From Octopus vulgaris (Eukaryota), in assembly GCA_951406725.2 (NCBI GenBank), contig OX597816.1, positions 55,180,001-55,244,000 of the forward strand: a stretch of DNA of 64,000 nt, in the 5' to 3' direction. Below the pieces are notes generated by a model, which was given only the letters and a program-made list of their open reading frames with translations, had not been told where the DNA came from and ran no database searches. Numbering within the stretch: the stretch's first letter is position 1; each line of letters begins with the position of its first letter. The translations under genes and the position numbers were made by a program. Positions 41,414-54,707 of this stretch are shown piece after piece.

Positions 41414-41741
41414 TTCCCTCACTAAACCTTATGACATTGCTTGAAATAAAACTTGATTTTATGACTATACCATTTAGTATGTCTGTCTACCCCAAACAGA
41501 TACTACTCTGTTTTCTCTCAGCCTTAAATATACAAAGGATTTGATAAACTAGTCTATAAATTAAAACTGACCCCATAAAAACAAAATAAGAGAAAAATCA
41601 GTGCCACGAAGTGTCTTTCAGTTACAACTATGATGTTGTTGGTACAACATGTTCTTTGTCTATCTCCGTAACTTCTTGGAGGTTTAAGGTAAAATTATAC
41701 TAATGTGTCCTTCTATTCTAATTTAATTAAATTCTATGTCT

Positions 41742-41827
41742 TTGCGCTGCTGAAGATTGATCTACATTTTAAATTGATGATTGCATTGTTCAATTAAATG
41801 GAGTTGCATGAAACGATCGTACTGCAA
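41742..41827 (+). ncRNA. Type I hammerhead motif, long stem II (family shared with 45560)
   Basis: uugc(gcu)g CUGAAGA uuga..long hairpin..ugcau GAAAC GAUC GUA cugcaa. Palindromic stem III ACGAUCGU and GUA triplet; stem I imperfect. Confidence 0.6.
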
Positions 41828-41940
41828 TACCTCTGGATATCCTTGTTGTTTATCTTGATTTTAATCACTTTATTTTGAAATTGTATGAATAATACCGTAC
41901 TAAATTATAGTGCCTCAACTTAAGTACCAAATTCATCTGA

Positions 41941-42022
<82 letters not shown>

Positions 42023-42054
42023 GTATCTATCTATCTATCTATCTACCTACCTAC

Positions 42055-42190
<136 letters not shown>

Positions 42191-42249
42191 ATATATATAT
42201 ATATATATATACACGCACACACACAGACACTGACATGCAAGAAGTAGAT

Positions 42250-42610
42250 AGACAACTTTAATTTTTATTTAATACGCAAAGCGAACAATTGAAATGTAAT
42301 CGATAGGTAGGACTACATACTTTAGTATTTAGTTGACATTCTCTTTACAGTTTTCAATTCAGAAACTCTTGCCATTCAAACCGATGAGCTTTGTGATTGT
42401 CTGTTGTGGAATTTCTGCACACTTTTCACGCAACAATCGGAACAATTCATCTTTAGATTTAGGTTTCTGTCAAGTTTTTCTTATAGCTCTATCTAGTATG
42501 CTGCAAAGATTTTCAATTGGATTCATGTCAGGGGATTGGCCAGTCATGGCCAATGATTTTAGCAAAAGCGTTATCTTGCACCAAAAATGCATAAATATGC
42601 AAATCTAAGT
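42250..42610 (-). mobile_element. Tc1-like transposase relic
   Basis: Minus strand GQSPDMNPIENL matches the Tc1 motif QSPDLNPIENLW. Confidence 0.7.
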
Positions 42611-43554
42611 CAAATGGCGGATTTATCTGAGCGCATACGAGCATATTAACGAAGAATGATAACATATTTGAACCGTAATGAACAGCAATAAAGTGTTACA
42701 CAGGTATTCATTTTCCACTCAGTATTTTCAGTTTTTGTCATTACTTTTCGAGACATCCATGATTCGTGTAGGCATGCTGGAAACCAATGATTGAGTCAGT
42801 CCTATATATATAATTCTTTAATTTCAATGTTATCGCGCGGAAGGCAAAATGACAGCACATCCGTTTTCTGTTCTTGTTATTATTTTGAGAGTTATTTTCG
42901 TTGTTAAACTTAATATTTTCTGGATTATTTGTAAATACTTTTGTTTCGTTTTGTTTGTGCGTGTAAAGACCTTGTACAATTGTTTATAGAGCATCTGTTA
43001 ATGTATCATCTGCCGTTCTTGATTGTGTTTAAAAGTGTTGAGATATTATTTCTGTTTAGAGAATTTATTGTTCTCACCAGAATTCTAGCCACGATAGCCC
43101 TGCCTTTTCTTTTATGTTATATTCTGTATTTATTTTAACATTTAAACTTAAGAGTAGACTGTAGAGGGGTAGTATTTGAGGAAGATTCACTACAATCTCT
43201 TGCAAATTAAATGACCTGACAAGAGATTACCTACGGAATGTTAGAACCACAGAGAGTCATCGTCTCTAACTCGCGACATTATCGCGTCGGCTTCGCTAGA
43301 AAATGCAAGAAGGACGTGCCTCCTTTCTCAGTTAAAATGTATCAATGTTACCATAGACATGAGGTGTTGCATAAGAATAAGAGAGAGAGAAAGAGAGAAA
43401 GAGAGAGAGAGAGTGGGGAGGAGAGAATGAGAGAGAGAGCGGGGGAGAGAATGAGAGCAAAGAAAAATGATATATAGATATTAAAATATTGTTAACGCAA
43501 TCTTTGATGTAATGAGGCTTAAATTTTGCAAATTAAATGCATTCTATTCTTCAG

Positions 43555-43920
43555 GAAAGATACTTTTTGACCTTGACCTGCACGTCACAGCGGAAATTTG
43601 GCTTCGGAGGGCCACTCAGATGAGTCAGCGAAAAGATCTGGAAGCTGCAACACTCTTCCAGAAAATCCGAGTCCATCGATTATATCAACCCCTGGTGAAA
43701 GATTCTAAAGTGAAAGTAGATTTTACACTATATGGACGTGCCGTAGTGGCGAGAGAAGATGTAAAGGCTGGTGATATAGTCCTTGCGGATCGACCTGCGG
43801 TATTTGCTCAGATATTAGAGAAGGATCCTGTGTTGGCCTGTCCAAATTGTGCCAAATCTCTAATGTCAGCACAAGATTACTTCGGCTCAAGTAATTTAAA
43901 GAAGAATAAAACTCTAAAAG
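43555..43920 (+). CDS. Coding exon 2: end of last TPR, SET-N and first CxxC of the internal MYND
   Basis: Acceptor ttctattcttcAG at 43553-43554. The phase-1 join gives KLG-G-KILFDLDLHVTAEIWLRRA, continuing a TPR. SET-N motif YGRAVVAREDVKAGDIVLADRPAV, then CPNC. Donor AAG|GTAAGT at 43921. Confidence 0.92.
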
Positions 43921-45559
43921 GTAAGTCTCATCTACCACTGTATTAGTCCACACTAACCAAATTCTTGAACTGTCATTTCCGAAAAATGGAATTCATCTCT
44001 CGTACATTGGGATCATATTCAATACTAACGTTTAACAATCGGCCAAAATTTGAAACTCGGAGAAATGATGTGCGAGTTTCTGCTTGCAATAAATTATTTG
44101 TTAAATATAATTACTTCTTTTATTATGCAATCTCCTTTCTTCTTGTCTAGCATAAAGTGTATACACACACACACATGCGTATACATATATATGCATATGT
44201 ATGTACGGACGTATTTATATGCATGTATATATATGTGTGCGTTGAGGGGTTACTATAAAAAATATTTTTTTATATATTTATTAATCTTATAAGATTTTTA
44301 GAGTATATATAATAATTAGTGGTTTTTAATTATTTAGCTTATTCTGTATTAAGTATTATTTATGATAGTTATTTTATTAATAAATCTTATAGTATAGAGT
44401 GATTCTATTCTTTATTTGTGACTTCATTCTATTTACATTTATTGATAAACCATAACTGTTCCCATTCACAATCTTCATTGATAAAGTGTATTTGTTCCTC
44501 ACGCTTAATGAATTCTTCAACACTTTATTCTTTTTTTGCTAATAACGTAATTCCACGTGTAATCTTATAAACGCTGTAAAGACATTTTCCGATTCAAAAT
44601 TTTAGTTCATCACAAAACCTCGCTAAGCTAAGTATATATTTATATTTAAGATCTTTAAATTTTAATATTTATAAGTCTTATGGTATAATATTATTGTTTT
44701 TTTATGCTTATATCGTTGTTTATCTAATTATCGTAATTTTTTATATAATTATTAGATATTAACTTCAAGTTTATTCGCAAGATTTTACTTAGCGATAGAT
44801 ATGTTGTTTGATAGCAAGTATATGAGTTGGTTAAAGTTAGATTCATGTATATACATGTATTAATAGCATTAATTGTAGTTTTAAATCTCTTATAATTATT
44901 ATTTTAACTTATATATTGTCTTTTCAAATTGTTATTTGCTAGTTACATTATTCCCATTGATAAATATATATATAGTATTTATTTGTTACTATATAACTAC
45001 GAATTGATTATTTCTTTAAGTACTTTAAAGATAAGATTTTTGAAAGTTATTATTTAGCCAACGAGATAAAGATAGTTAATTTACTATAGCGTTCGTTTAA
45101 GATTGTTTGTTTGTATTTTTGAAATTAGCTATTTCATCTTTAAATATGAAAAATTAATTTAATAGGTCTTTATTATATGTGCATATATATTTATTTATAG
45201 AGATTATTTTAGATCTTAATTATAATATTTATATACATTTATATATTTTCATTGATAATTTATATATTATTTAAATTTTATATATTAATAATATGAATAA
45301 TCATTTTTATTTGTAAAATATTTATGTAATTAGATATTGACTATTACTGATATTAGATCATTGGTGGGTTTCTTACCTTAAAAATTAATACTTAAAAATT
45401 AAAATTAATATTTAACATTATAATCGTTGTTTTGACATAATCATAATCGTTAAGTTTCTATTTTTATAATAGAGTTTTTTATAAGAAAAGTTATTATATT
45501 ATTTATTTCTTTAAAAATATTGTTTAGATATTTTTGATTATTTATTAAAATATTACAAT

Positions 45560-45657
45560 TAACCTGAAGATTGACTGTAACCATAACTCGAATTATTAAT
45601 TGAATTTAAATTATTGTTATTCGAATTGGTTACGTGCATGAAACGATCGTAGTGTTT
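45560..45657 (+). ncRNA. Type I hammerhead motif, long stem II
   Basis: aac CUGAAGA uugacu-guaacca...ugguuac-gugcau GAAAC GAUC GUA guguu. Core and stem III identical to the 41742 copy; stem I weak. Confidence 0.55.
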
Positions 45658-46035
45658 TTACTCTATATTTTATATTAAACTTTTAATACTCTTTGATAGT
45701 TTATAAAAAAAAATTAAAAAAATATAAACAAAAATTAAAAAAAGAAATAATTAAATAAAATAATAATAGAAATATATATATATTTAAAAATATATATATA
45801 TTTATAATTTATAAGTTTAAATTATTAATTTAAATAATTTTTTAAAATTTTAACTTTAATTTAAATATTTTAATTGGATTTTTATATTTTATATTTTATA
45901 TTTTTTATATATTTTTTAATTAATTTTATTTCTATGTACTGGCTTCTGATTTTCGATATTTGATTTGCCTAATAGTGGTTTTATCTCTAATATAATATAT
46001 ATATATATATATATATACATATATATATGTGTGTA

Positions 46036-46107
<72 letters not shown>

Positions 46108-46129
46108 TATATATATATATGTATATATA

Positions 46130-46219
<90 letters not shown>

Positions 46220-46269
46220 ATATTTATGTATGTGTATATATGTATGTGAACATATGTGTTTTTTTAATA

Positions 46270-47235
46270 CTAGGAATCAGGTGATAGCTGCGATGAAATC
46301 AGGAGAACAGAGAGGGTGATCAGCCAATTCAAAGCCACAGTCACGCACAGCAGCCAATGAAACGACAGGCTTGTGTGCTGGAGCAATGTTCTGATGAAAC
46401 AAGATTCCTTTCCTCAGTTTTCCTTGCTGTTTGGTCTTGATAGTCTTTCGTTGCTGCCTCAGCAATTAGGCATGGTTCCCTTCACTGATAGTGCAATCAA
46501 TTTGAAGATGGTCACAACAAACCTGAGGCCATCATCTTCTCTACAGATGAAATGACCTTGGTTTTCTCTAGAGCTAAGGAGGAGGAGGTGTTTCCATTGC
46601 ATGGATTGTTTCTCTGCCTCTGGCTCAAAGTGATGAAACTAACGCTCATCTTGGGTTGGGAAATGTTCAAGGAAACCAGTTGGATTTGCCTCAGACAATG
46701 TCAGATTGTCCCGTGATGGGATCAGCCTGGTGCGCTTTTGAACAGAAAACTTCGTAATGCCAAGCTCATTGTGCAGAATCTTCTCAACTCCCCCCTCTCT
46801 CTCTCTCTAGATATGCTAATAGTTTTGGCTATTGGATTTTTAGTAATCCATCAAAATGCGGTGAATAAACTCAATGTTTTCCTCAGTGGTGGTAATTTCA
46901 GGACGTCCAGACCTTGAGTTATCTTCAAGATTCTCCCCTCCTAAATTCAGTTGCCAACTTTTGCAGTGTTCATAAAGCTAGAATGTCATTCTCTAATTTA
47001 AGTACCATGTCAGCATGAATGCTGTTTGAGACTAAATCCTTTTACTGCAGTCACTTGATAGCACCACACTACCAAATTGTGTCCAATTTGAAGAGAAGTC
47101 CCTACTGGCTCTTTGAACAGTTAGATGTCAGTTTACCTGGGTAAAAGCAATTAATAAGAAGAGCTGAAATTAATGTATGCAAGATTTCACAACACTAGCA
47201 TTACTCTTTCATAGTCAGCCTATGGACATTTCAGA
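46270..47235 (-). mobile_element. Degenerate mariner element
   Basis: KGILFHQNIAPAHK...[14 protein letters not shown] matches mariner FHQDNAPAH...HPPYSPDL. A GRPE-like HTH region lies near 46900. Confidence 0.8.
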
Positions 47236-47816
47236 TATGTACAGAGAGTAAAAGAGAAAAAGAGAGAGACATTTGTATATCATACTTAAAACACATATCG
47301 CATTGAAAGCCTTATATAAGGCGATATTCGTCTCAAGTTAGCATTACTTACAGACATTTAATGTTAAAGAAACGGAAAAATATCGGCAGCAGACAGAAAA
47401 ATATCGGCAGCAGCGGTGGTGACATTGGCATTGCTAAGATCTTATAAACATATTTACTAAATGTCTACAAAAGGTGCTTTCTGGAGACGAATACCACGGT
47501 TTTCACGCTTTCAAGATTATATCTTCATTAACTATGATATACATATAGCTATTTAGAACTAACACTTCTTCTCTCCCTAATAACGCATGCGCGCACACAT
47601 ATATAGATACGTATAAGTTTGCATGCATATATTCATACATGCACGCACGCGTGCAACCCCCCTCCCCACCTGTTTATCATCTAGTTATATTTTAGTTATA
47701 TTTTACATGTCTAATGACTGAAATGGGATTTTATCGAAATCATTTGCTATTCATTTATTTTTTTTTTGTATATGCATCTAGATCTCTCCTTTTTTATATA
47801 TATATTTCATATTCAG

Positions 47817-48159
47817 CCGCTGTTACCAAATACTGGCCAATTGTACCACGAATTCCTTGCAGTGGATGCGACAAAGAAATATATTGTTCGGAAACATGTC
47901 GTGAAGAAGCCTGGTCGAATTATCACGAGGTTCTGTGTCCATCTGTCAATCCGGAAGCTAATAAGCTGTACGATATCTGTCAGAAAGTCAAAGAATTAAG
48001 TGAACAACGACGAAAAATATGGAGCGCCAGTTTTTGTCCAACTATCCTTGCTCGAATTTGGGCTGCCATCTGTTGTCATGCGAAGAGACTGGCTGCTGAA
48101 AATGGTTCCACCACACCAACACAGATGCAATGGGCTATTGCTAAAGCTCCATACAGACG
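47817..48159 (+). CDS. Coding exon 3: remainder of internal MYND finger and SET-I helices
   Basis: Acceptor tttcatattcAG ending 47816, phase 1. Encodes CSGCDKEIYCSETCREEAWSNYHEVLC. Donor CG|GTACAG at 48160, phase 2. Confidence 0.92.
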
Positions 48160-48279
48160 GTACAGTCTATAATTTATAGTGTATTACACATGCGCGCGCA
48201 CACACACAAACACATAATATCTGCAAGTTCTTATTTCTACAGTTCTATATTTAAGAGATGAAGAATTATGTGCATTATA

Positions 48280-48635
<356 letters not shown>

Positions 48636-49076
48636 TCTTATTTCTAATTTCGAAATATTGGGAATGCTATGTAATTAAAATGTTTTCTTTTAAAACTGAA
48701 TATGAATACTTTCGGTAATAGTCTATATTCAGTTGTAGTCTAGAAATTATGGTCTCAGCTGTTTGACTTTATTAATATTTCTATCTGATTCACTTGCCAT
48801 AACGTATATACACATACGAATATATTTAAAACTGTTTGTCTGGCGTATTGAATATTAAAATAAGAATAAAAATAGGGCAATAAGTTAATGTAAAAGAATT
48901 TAGTGTATCGTAAATTCGAAAATGAATAAAATCTTTAAAACACATTTAGAAGGCTTCCAAGTGGACTTTTAAAGATGTGCATTTAATAATAATAAATCAT
49001 ATTACTCTACCTCCGGTATTTGAGTACTATTTTTACCCGCCTTGCTTCATATTTGCACTTACTTTGGTACTTTGGT

Positions 49077-49126
<50 letters not shown>

Positions 49127-49859
49127 TGTCTGATGATGTCTTACCTGGCCGAAACATACAAGTTGCTCTGAATAATATCCTTGCTTAAGATTGATAAATT
49201 TGTACTCTACAAAAATAGAGGGTGACAAACCCCGTCGATGCATCCAGTCCTGTTCGTTTAAGCTGTCGGGAAGCTAGTTGCAGAAGATTTTGGCACGTGA
49301 ATTTCTTCCCTCAATTTTTCATGGAAGGAAGGTTTTTATGATATTTTGGGGGTGTCTTCTTCTATTATAATAATTCTGTTGACGGAAGGAGCTGGAATAC
49401 GAAGAATGAAGTTATCTGTCGGAGTAAATTCAATAACCGTTTATTCACTGGTCCTTCGCACAAGGGGTTTGCTTTTAGTAAACATCTTCACAGCAGTGCG
49501 TAGTTACTATAAACGTGAGGTTCAATAACCTCTGGAGACAATGCATGTGGCATCACAACGAGACAAAATTCCGGGGGAAATGTCTTTTCCTTAAATAATG
49601 GTTGCAGGCGAGATCTCGTTTTTGTCGCGCGTATGGCAATGATTGCAGGCGAGATCTCGCTGTTTCAAAATGGAGCTGGATTCTTTGTGCATCACTACAG
49701 GGGCTGCCCCCTATGAACGCCTGTGCGAAAATAGAAAATAACTGGAGCAGGCACGAGAAAAGAGCGAAGATGGTAATCGATCGCAAACACGATATGGTAT
49801 AAACACGTGACAAAATCAGATTAAAGTCAAATTATTTTTATTATATCAGAAAAATAGTA

Positions 49860-50530
49860 AAGTGGCTAGCACACCGTGATAAATGCTTAGCCGTATTTCG
49901 TATTATGCAGCGAGCTGACATAAGGCAGCGAGATGGCAGAAACGTTAGCGCGCCGGGCGAAATACTTAGCGGTAATTTGTCTGCCGCTACGTTCAGAGTT
50001 CAAATTCCGCCTAGGTCGACTTTGCCTTTCATCCTTTCGGGCTCGATAAATTAATTACCAGTTATGCACTGGGGACGATATAATCGACTTAATCCGTTTG
50101 TCTATCCTTGTTCGTTCTCTCTGTGTTTAGCCCTTTGTGGGTAGTAAAGAAACACGTATTTCGCCCGTCTGAACATTCTGAGTTCAAATTCAGCTTTGCC
50201 TTTCATCCTTTCCTGGTCGATAAAATAACTGCCAGCTGAGTAGTGGGGTCGATGTTATTGAGTAACCACTTCTCCCAAATTGAAGCCCTTGTGCGTAGAG
50301 TAAAAAAAGGGATATATCTGAAAATAGTAAGGCAGTAAGCTGGCAGAATCGTTAGCACGTCGGAAGAAATGCTTAGCGGCATTTCATCGCTCTTTACGTT
50401 CTGAGTTCAAATTCCGACGAGGTCGACTTTGCCTTTCATACTTTCGGTTTCGATGAAATAAGTATCAATTACTTACTGGCGTCGATGTAAACGACCCAAG
50501 ATCTCAGGCCTTGTTACCTATAGTTGAAAG
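49860..50530 (+). mobile_element. Cluster of nested/tandem SINEs
   Basis: At least three bodies of the GGCGAGCTGGCAGAA family. Confidence 0.75.
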
Positions 50531-50993
50531 GATTATAGCTGAACGTAATAATAAAGTATTCGGGACGGTTTCACCAAGAACATCTCCTGCTGGTTGTGCA
50601 CCAGCATGGTCGTAATCTAATGACAAACCTAAACAAATTAAGAATAAATCAAGGGAAATGAAAGTCATACTTAAAAGCTAATCAATAATTTTACATTGAA
50701 CAATAAAAAGTTGAATACGACAAAATTATTCGATAATTTTGAATTCTGTAGAGTAACATAAAGTAACGAATATAAAGTGGAGAGTTATACGTCAATGAAC
50801 CTTGGTATATGACTGGTATCTAGAATGTTTAGTGCGGTACTTAACTTACGAATCCAAACATTTAATAATTTCACAGGCTCGCATTTATTCACACTTCATC
50901 AATATCAAGTCTCATATCGAGATACTGTAATTCCCAACTATTTCCGAATATATTTATCGAATGTATTAAAATTTTTTTTTCTTTCTTTTGCAG

Positions 50994-51693
50994 TTTTATT
51001 GCATATGGAGCCCAGGGTGTTGCAGGTAAATTCACGGTGATGCATCAAGTTATGAAAGATGTCTTCAATGGTCTTCCTGAAGGTTTGCGTTACGATGTAA
51101 CACCGCGTGAGTTCGACGGACGTTATCTACAAATGGCATGTAACGTACAATCATTCTCTGATGGACGAAATCCATTGCATTGTTTCTTAAATTCAATCAG
51201 TAATTTCTCTCAATATGCCCAGATTGCGGACCTTGTCGACGTTGACAATATTCCGGAAGCCAATTTTGCTGGCGTGTTTCCGGTACAGTCTTGCTTGAAT
51301 CATAGTTGTGCGAATACTATCGAAGTAATGGACGGTGTGTCGAAAGGACGACCCGGAATTCACTTAAGAGCCCGTATAAATATCAAAGCTGGTGAAGAAT
51401 TATTTAGCACTTATATCGATACATCAATCCCACGTCGAGAAAGAAGAGCTTGGCTGTTCAGAGGCTACAATTTCTGGTGTCAATGTCCACGATGTAAATT
51501 TGAAGGAGACGGGCCAGATGTGTGTGCTAACTGTGAAACACAAGCTCCAGAGGGAAAGCAATTCCCAGCCTGTGGTAAATGCCGGAAAGTTTGGTATTGT
51601 TCTCCAAAGTGTCAAAAGATTGCCTGGAAAGCTGGACACAAGAAAATTTGCAGTATGAGTCATTCAAAACTTTGCAGTTATAATCTTTATTAG
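50994..51693 (+). CDS. Coding exon 4: SET-C, post-SET and a second C-terminal MYND finger; stop codon
   Basis: Long polypyrimidine acceptor ctttcttttgcAG ending 50993; the phase-2 join restores frame (R-FIAYG...). Motifs AGVFPVQSCLNHSC, IKAGEELFSTYID, CQCPRC, then CANC...CGKCRKVWYCSPKCQKIAWKAGHKKIC. TAG at 51691-51693. Confidence 0.93.
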
Positions 51694-52047
51694 CACGTAT
51701 CGCTACACAGCATTAGTAGAAGGTTTTAGATTACCGCTGTTTGCTATTTATTAATGTTTTCATGTTTTGTTTAATTTTATAATTTTGTTGTTAATTTACA
51801 TTTTCAGTCTGTTTATTCTTGATATTTCCTACAGAATTCAGTGTAGTTCTGCTTGAAGAGCTTCAATATGTTCAGCAACTATAGCGCTAGCAGATATACA
51901 TACATACATACATATATACATACATACATACATAATACATACACATACATACATGCTTACATACATACATAATACATACATATACATATACACACACACA
52001 CATATATATAAAAGATATACACATATATGTATGTATGTATGTGTATA

Positions 52048-52081
<34 letters not shown>

Positions 52082-52104
52082 CACACACGTATATATATAT
52101 ACAC

Positions 52105-52212
<108 letters not shown>

Positions 52213-52599
52213 TCTTTTACTTGTTTCAGTCATTTGACTGTGGCCATGCTTTGAGCACCACCTTTAGTCGAGCAAATCGACCCCAGGACTTATTTTTTGT
52301 AAGCCTAGTACTTATTTTATCGATCTGTTTTGTCGAACCGCTAAGTTACGGGGACGTAAACACACCAGCATCGGTTGTCAAGCGATGTTGGAGGGACAAA
52401 CAGACACACAAACACACACACACACACACATACATACATATATACGACGGGCTTCTTTCAGTTTCCGTCTACCAAATCCACTCACAAGGCTTCGGTTGGC
52501 CCAAGGCTAGAGTAGAAAACACTTGCCCAAGGTGCCACGCAATGGGATTGAACCCGGAACCATGTCGTTCGTAAGCAAGCTACTTACCACACAGCCACT

Positions 52600-52645
<46 letters not shown>

Positions 52646-53611
52646 CATATAAATGTATACGCACACACTCACACACACAAGCAGATAAATATACCTGCAA
52701 GCTTACTCTATGATTGGCTTTGAGCAGCGCTTTTAATTGAAGCAATCCTGTTTCAGTTTTCCGTGTAAAAAAATGGAAATATGCGTAAATATTGCATTCA
52801 TGCCAGCGTTCTTTTAACTAGAATAGTGAAACCGCATGAATGCATGCACCATCTTATATTGCAGGCTGTCAAAACAGGCGCTCGCACAATTTCCTTTCAG
52901 TTTGCTTTCCATTTTCTGACACAAATGTATATATGTATGTATGTATAAACATGTAAACCTCTCTATGTCTGTATATATGTACCTATGTATGTATCCGTAT
53001 AGAGTTACCCCAATGAAGATACAAAAGTAGAAATAGCTTCTTACACGTAATCTCATGAAATATGAGGAAAAAAATAATGCATGCAGACGTTTCAAAGCGA
53101 AGTTTCGATGAGAGAATGAGAGGCAGTTCAGTTAAGGGATGGCTGTGCTTCTTGTCAAAACTGATCCAATAATATTTCAACAAGATTCTATTTACGAAGG
53201 TTGTTTGAAAACAAATTTCATCATGTGAAATAGCAAACAATGTTGATATATCTTCTCTTAGCTTAAGACTCATTCTTCGTGTTTAGTAATTACAGCCAAT
53301 CTGCGTCAAAGCGGTGCTTCAATGCGTGTAGCATATCGCCTCATATACATTGGTGGATATAGAATCTTTATTTGTAGGTCAACAAGGCTACCATTGGTTT
53401 CACGCACGAGTTTTCAGCAGTTATCAAGCCTGTCTCGTAGGATGTTGGTATTCGTCTCCATCCTGCATGAGAGTATATATAAATATATATGCATGTGTGT
53501 GTGTATGTATGTGTGTATGCACATGCATATGCAAGTGACTTCATGTGTGCATGTCTATGTATTTATGTATCTGCGTAACTATGTGTTTTTATACAAGCAT
53601 GTTAATTTGAA

Positions 53612-53924
53612 CTAGCGAGACCCGTGAATATTTCACGGAATTAACAGTAAACTTGTTGGATTTTTTCTGAAAACTTTATCCAGAAAAACTGAAAGTGTAA
53701 CCTGTGTTGTGTCTGTATCGAAAGATAGTCGCTCATCTGCTGAAGAAAATCTTTTTCTCTCGCTCTTCGTTTTTCCTTTCAACTAATCACGTGAAAACGT
53801 TATGGACGGGGTAAGTAATGCACGAACCAGAAGAATTATAAAATGTCTGCAATTAGTTGGTATCTTCTCTTGCGTTTAGCGTGCAGGTAGGGAAATAAAT
53901 TTGAAATAATTTTATAAATGAAGA
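53612..53924 (-). mobile_element. Non-autonomous Helitron (about 313 bp)
   Basis: Minus strand starts TC (tcttcatttataaaa) and ends with hairpin ccgtgaaatattcacgg, then gtctcg-CTAG. A|T insertion site. Confidence 0.65.
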
Positions 53925-54510
53925 TATTGTCACATCTAAAATCTTTATCAAATAGTTGTTAAACATTAAGCTTTCAGGTAAATCCTTCAATTCAACAGTT
54001 TGTTAAGTTTCCAATTTAATCTTTAATTAAACGCCAGTTAACTAACCCATGCAATTAAACGCCTGTGAAAGCTACCCTTAAATGCCTATTAAATTTGAAA
54101 TTATATGTCAGTTAAACATCTTTTAAAATTATAATTAATACTCAGTTAAATGTTGTATTTAAAAAGGTCTAATTAAACGCCTGTTAAACCCTAAATTAAA
54201 CTCCTATAACATCTCGAATTAAACTCCAATTAAATACAATCTCCTTTAATACCAGATATCCTATAAAACTTCAGGCATAGAAATATATTCGGCGAGTTAT
54301 TTAACGCGAGGAGTGGAGATTTCACGTCTCTGATATTTGTCCTTCCTGAAAAAAAATACCACGCTCACATGAAGGGAGATGAAAACAGAAATGAGAGAGA
54401 GAGAGAGAAGGGGAGAAGGATTTAACTCGATGGGGAGAAGGATTTAACTCGATGGGGAGAAGGAGAGACTGTGAGTAGTACTCGCTGTAATATATTTTTA
54501 TCAAAGAATT

Positions 54511-54707
54511 TTTATGGATTGAATTCTAGTGTCTCAGAGCCCAAGTTTGGATTCTGGATCTTAAATTCTTTAAAATGAAACCCCTGGTATTATAACTATT
54601 AACACAATTTATGGATTGAATTCTAGTGTCTCAGAACCCAAGTTTGGATTCTGGGTCTTAAATTCTTTAAAATGAAACCCCTGGTATTATAACTATTAAC
54701 ACAATTT
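54511..54707. repeat. Tandem duplication, 2 x 97 bp
   Basis: tttatggattgaattctagtgtctcag at 54511 and 54608; two substitutions seen. Confidence 0.95.

Noticed and set aside
44235-45560. Mitochondrial insertion (NUMT)
   Set aside because: AT content is suggestive, but I recognised no mitochondrial protein, rRNA or tRNA motif; left as an untested option.
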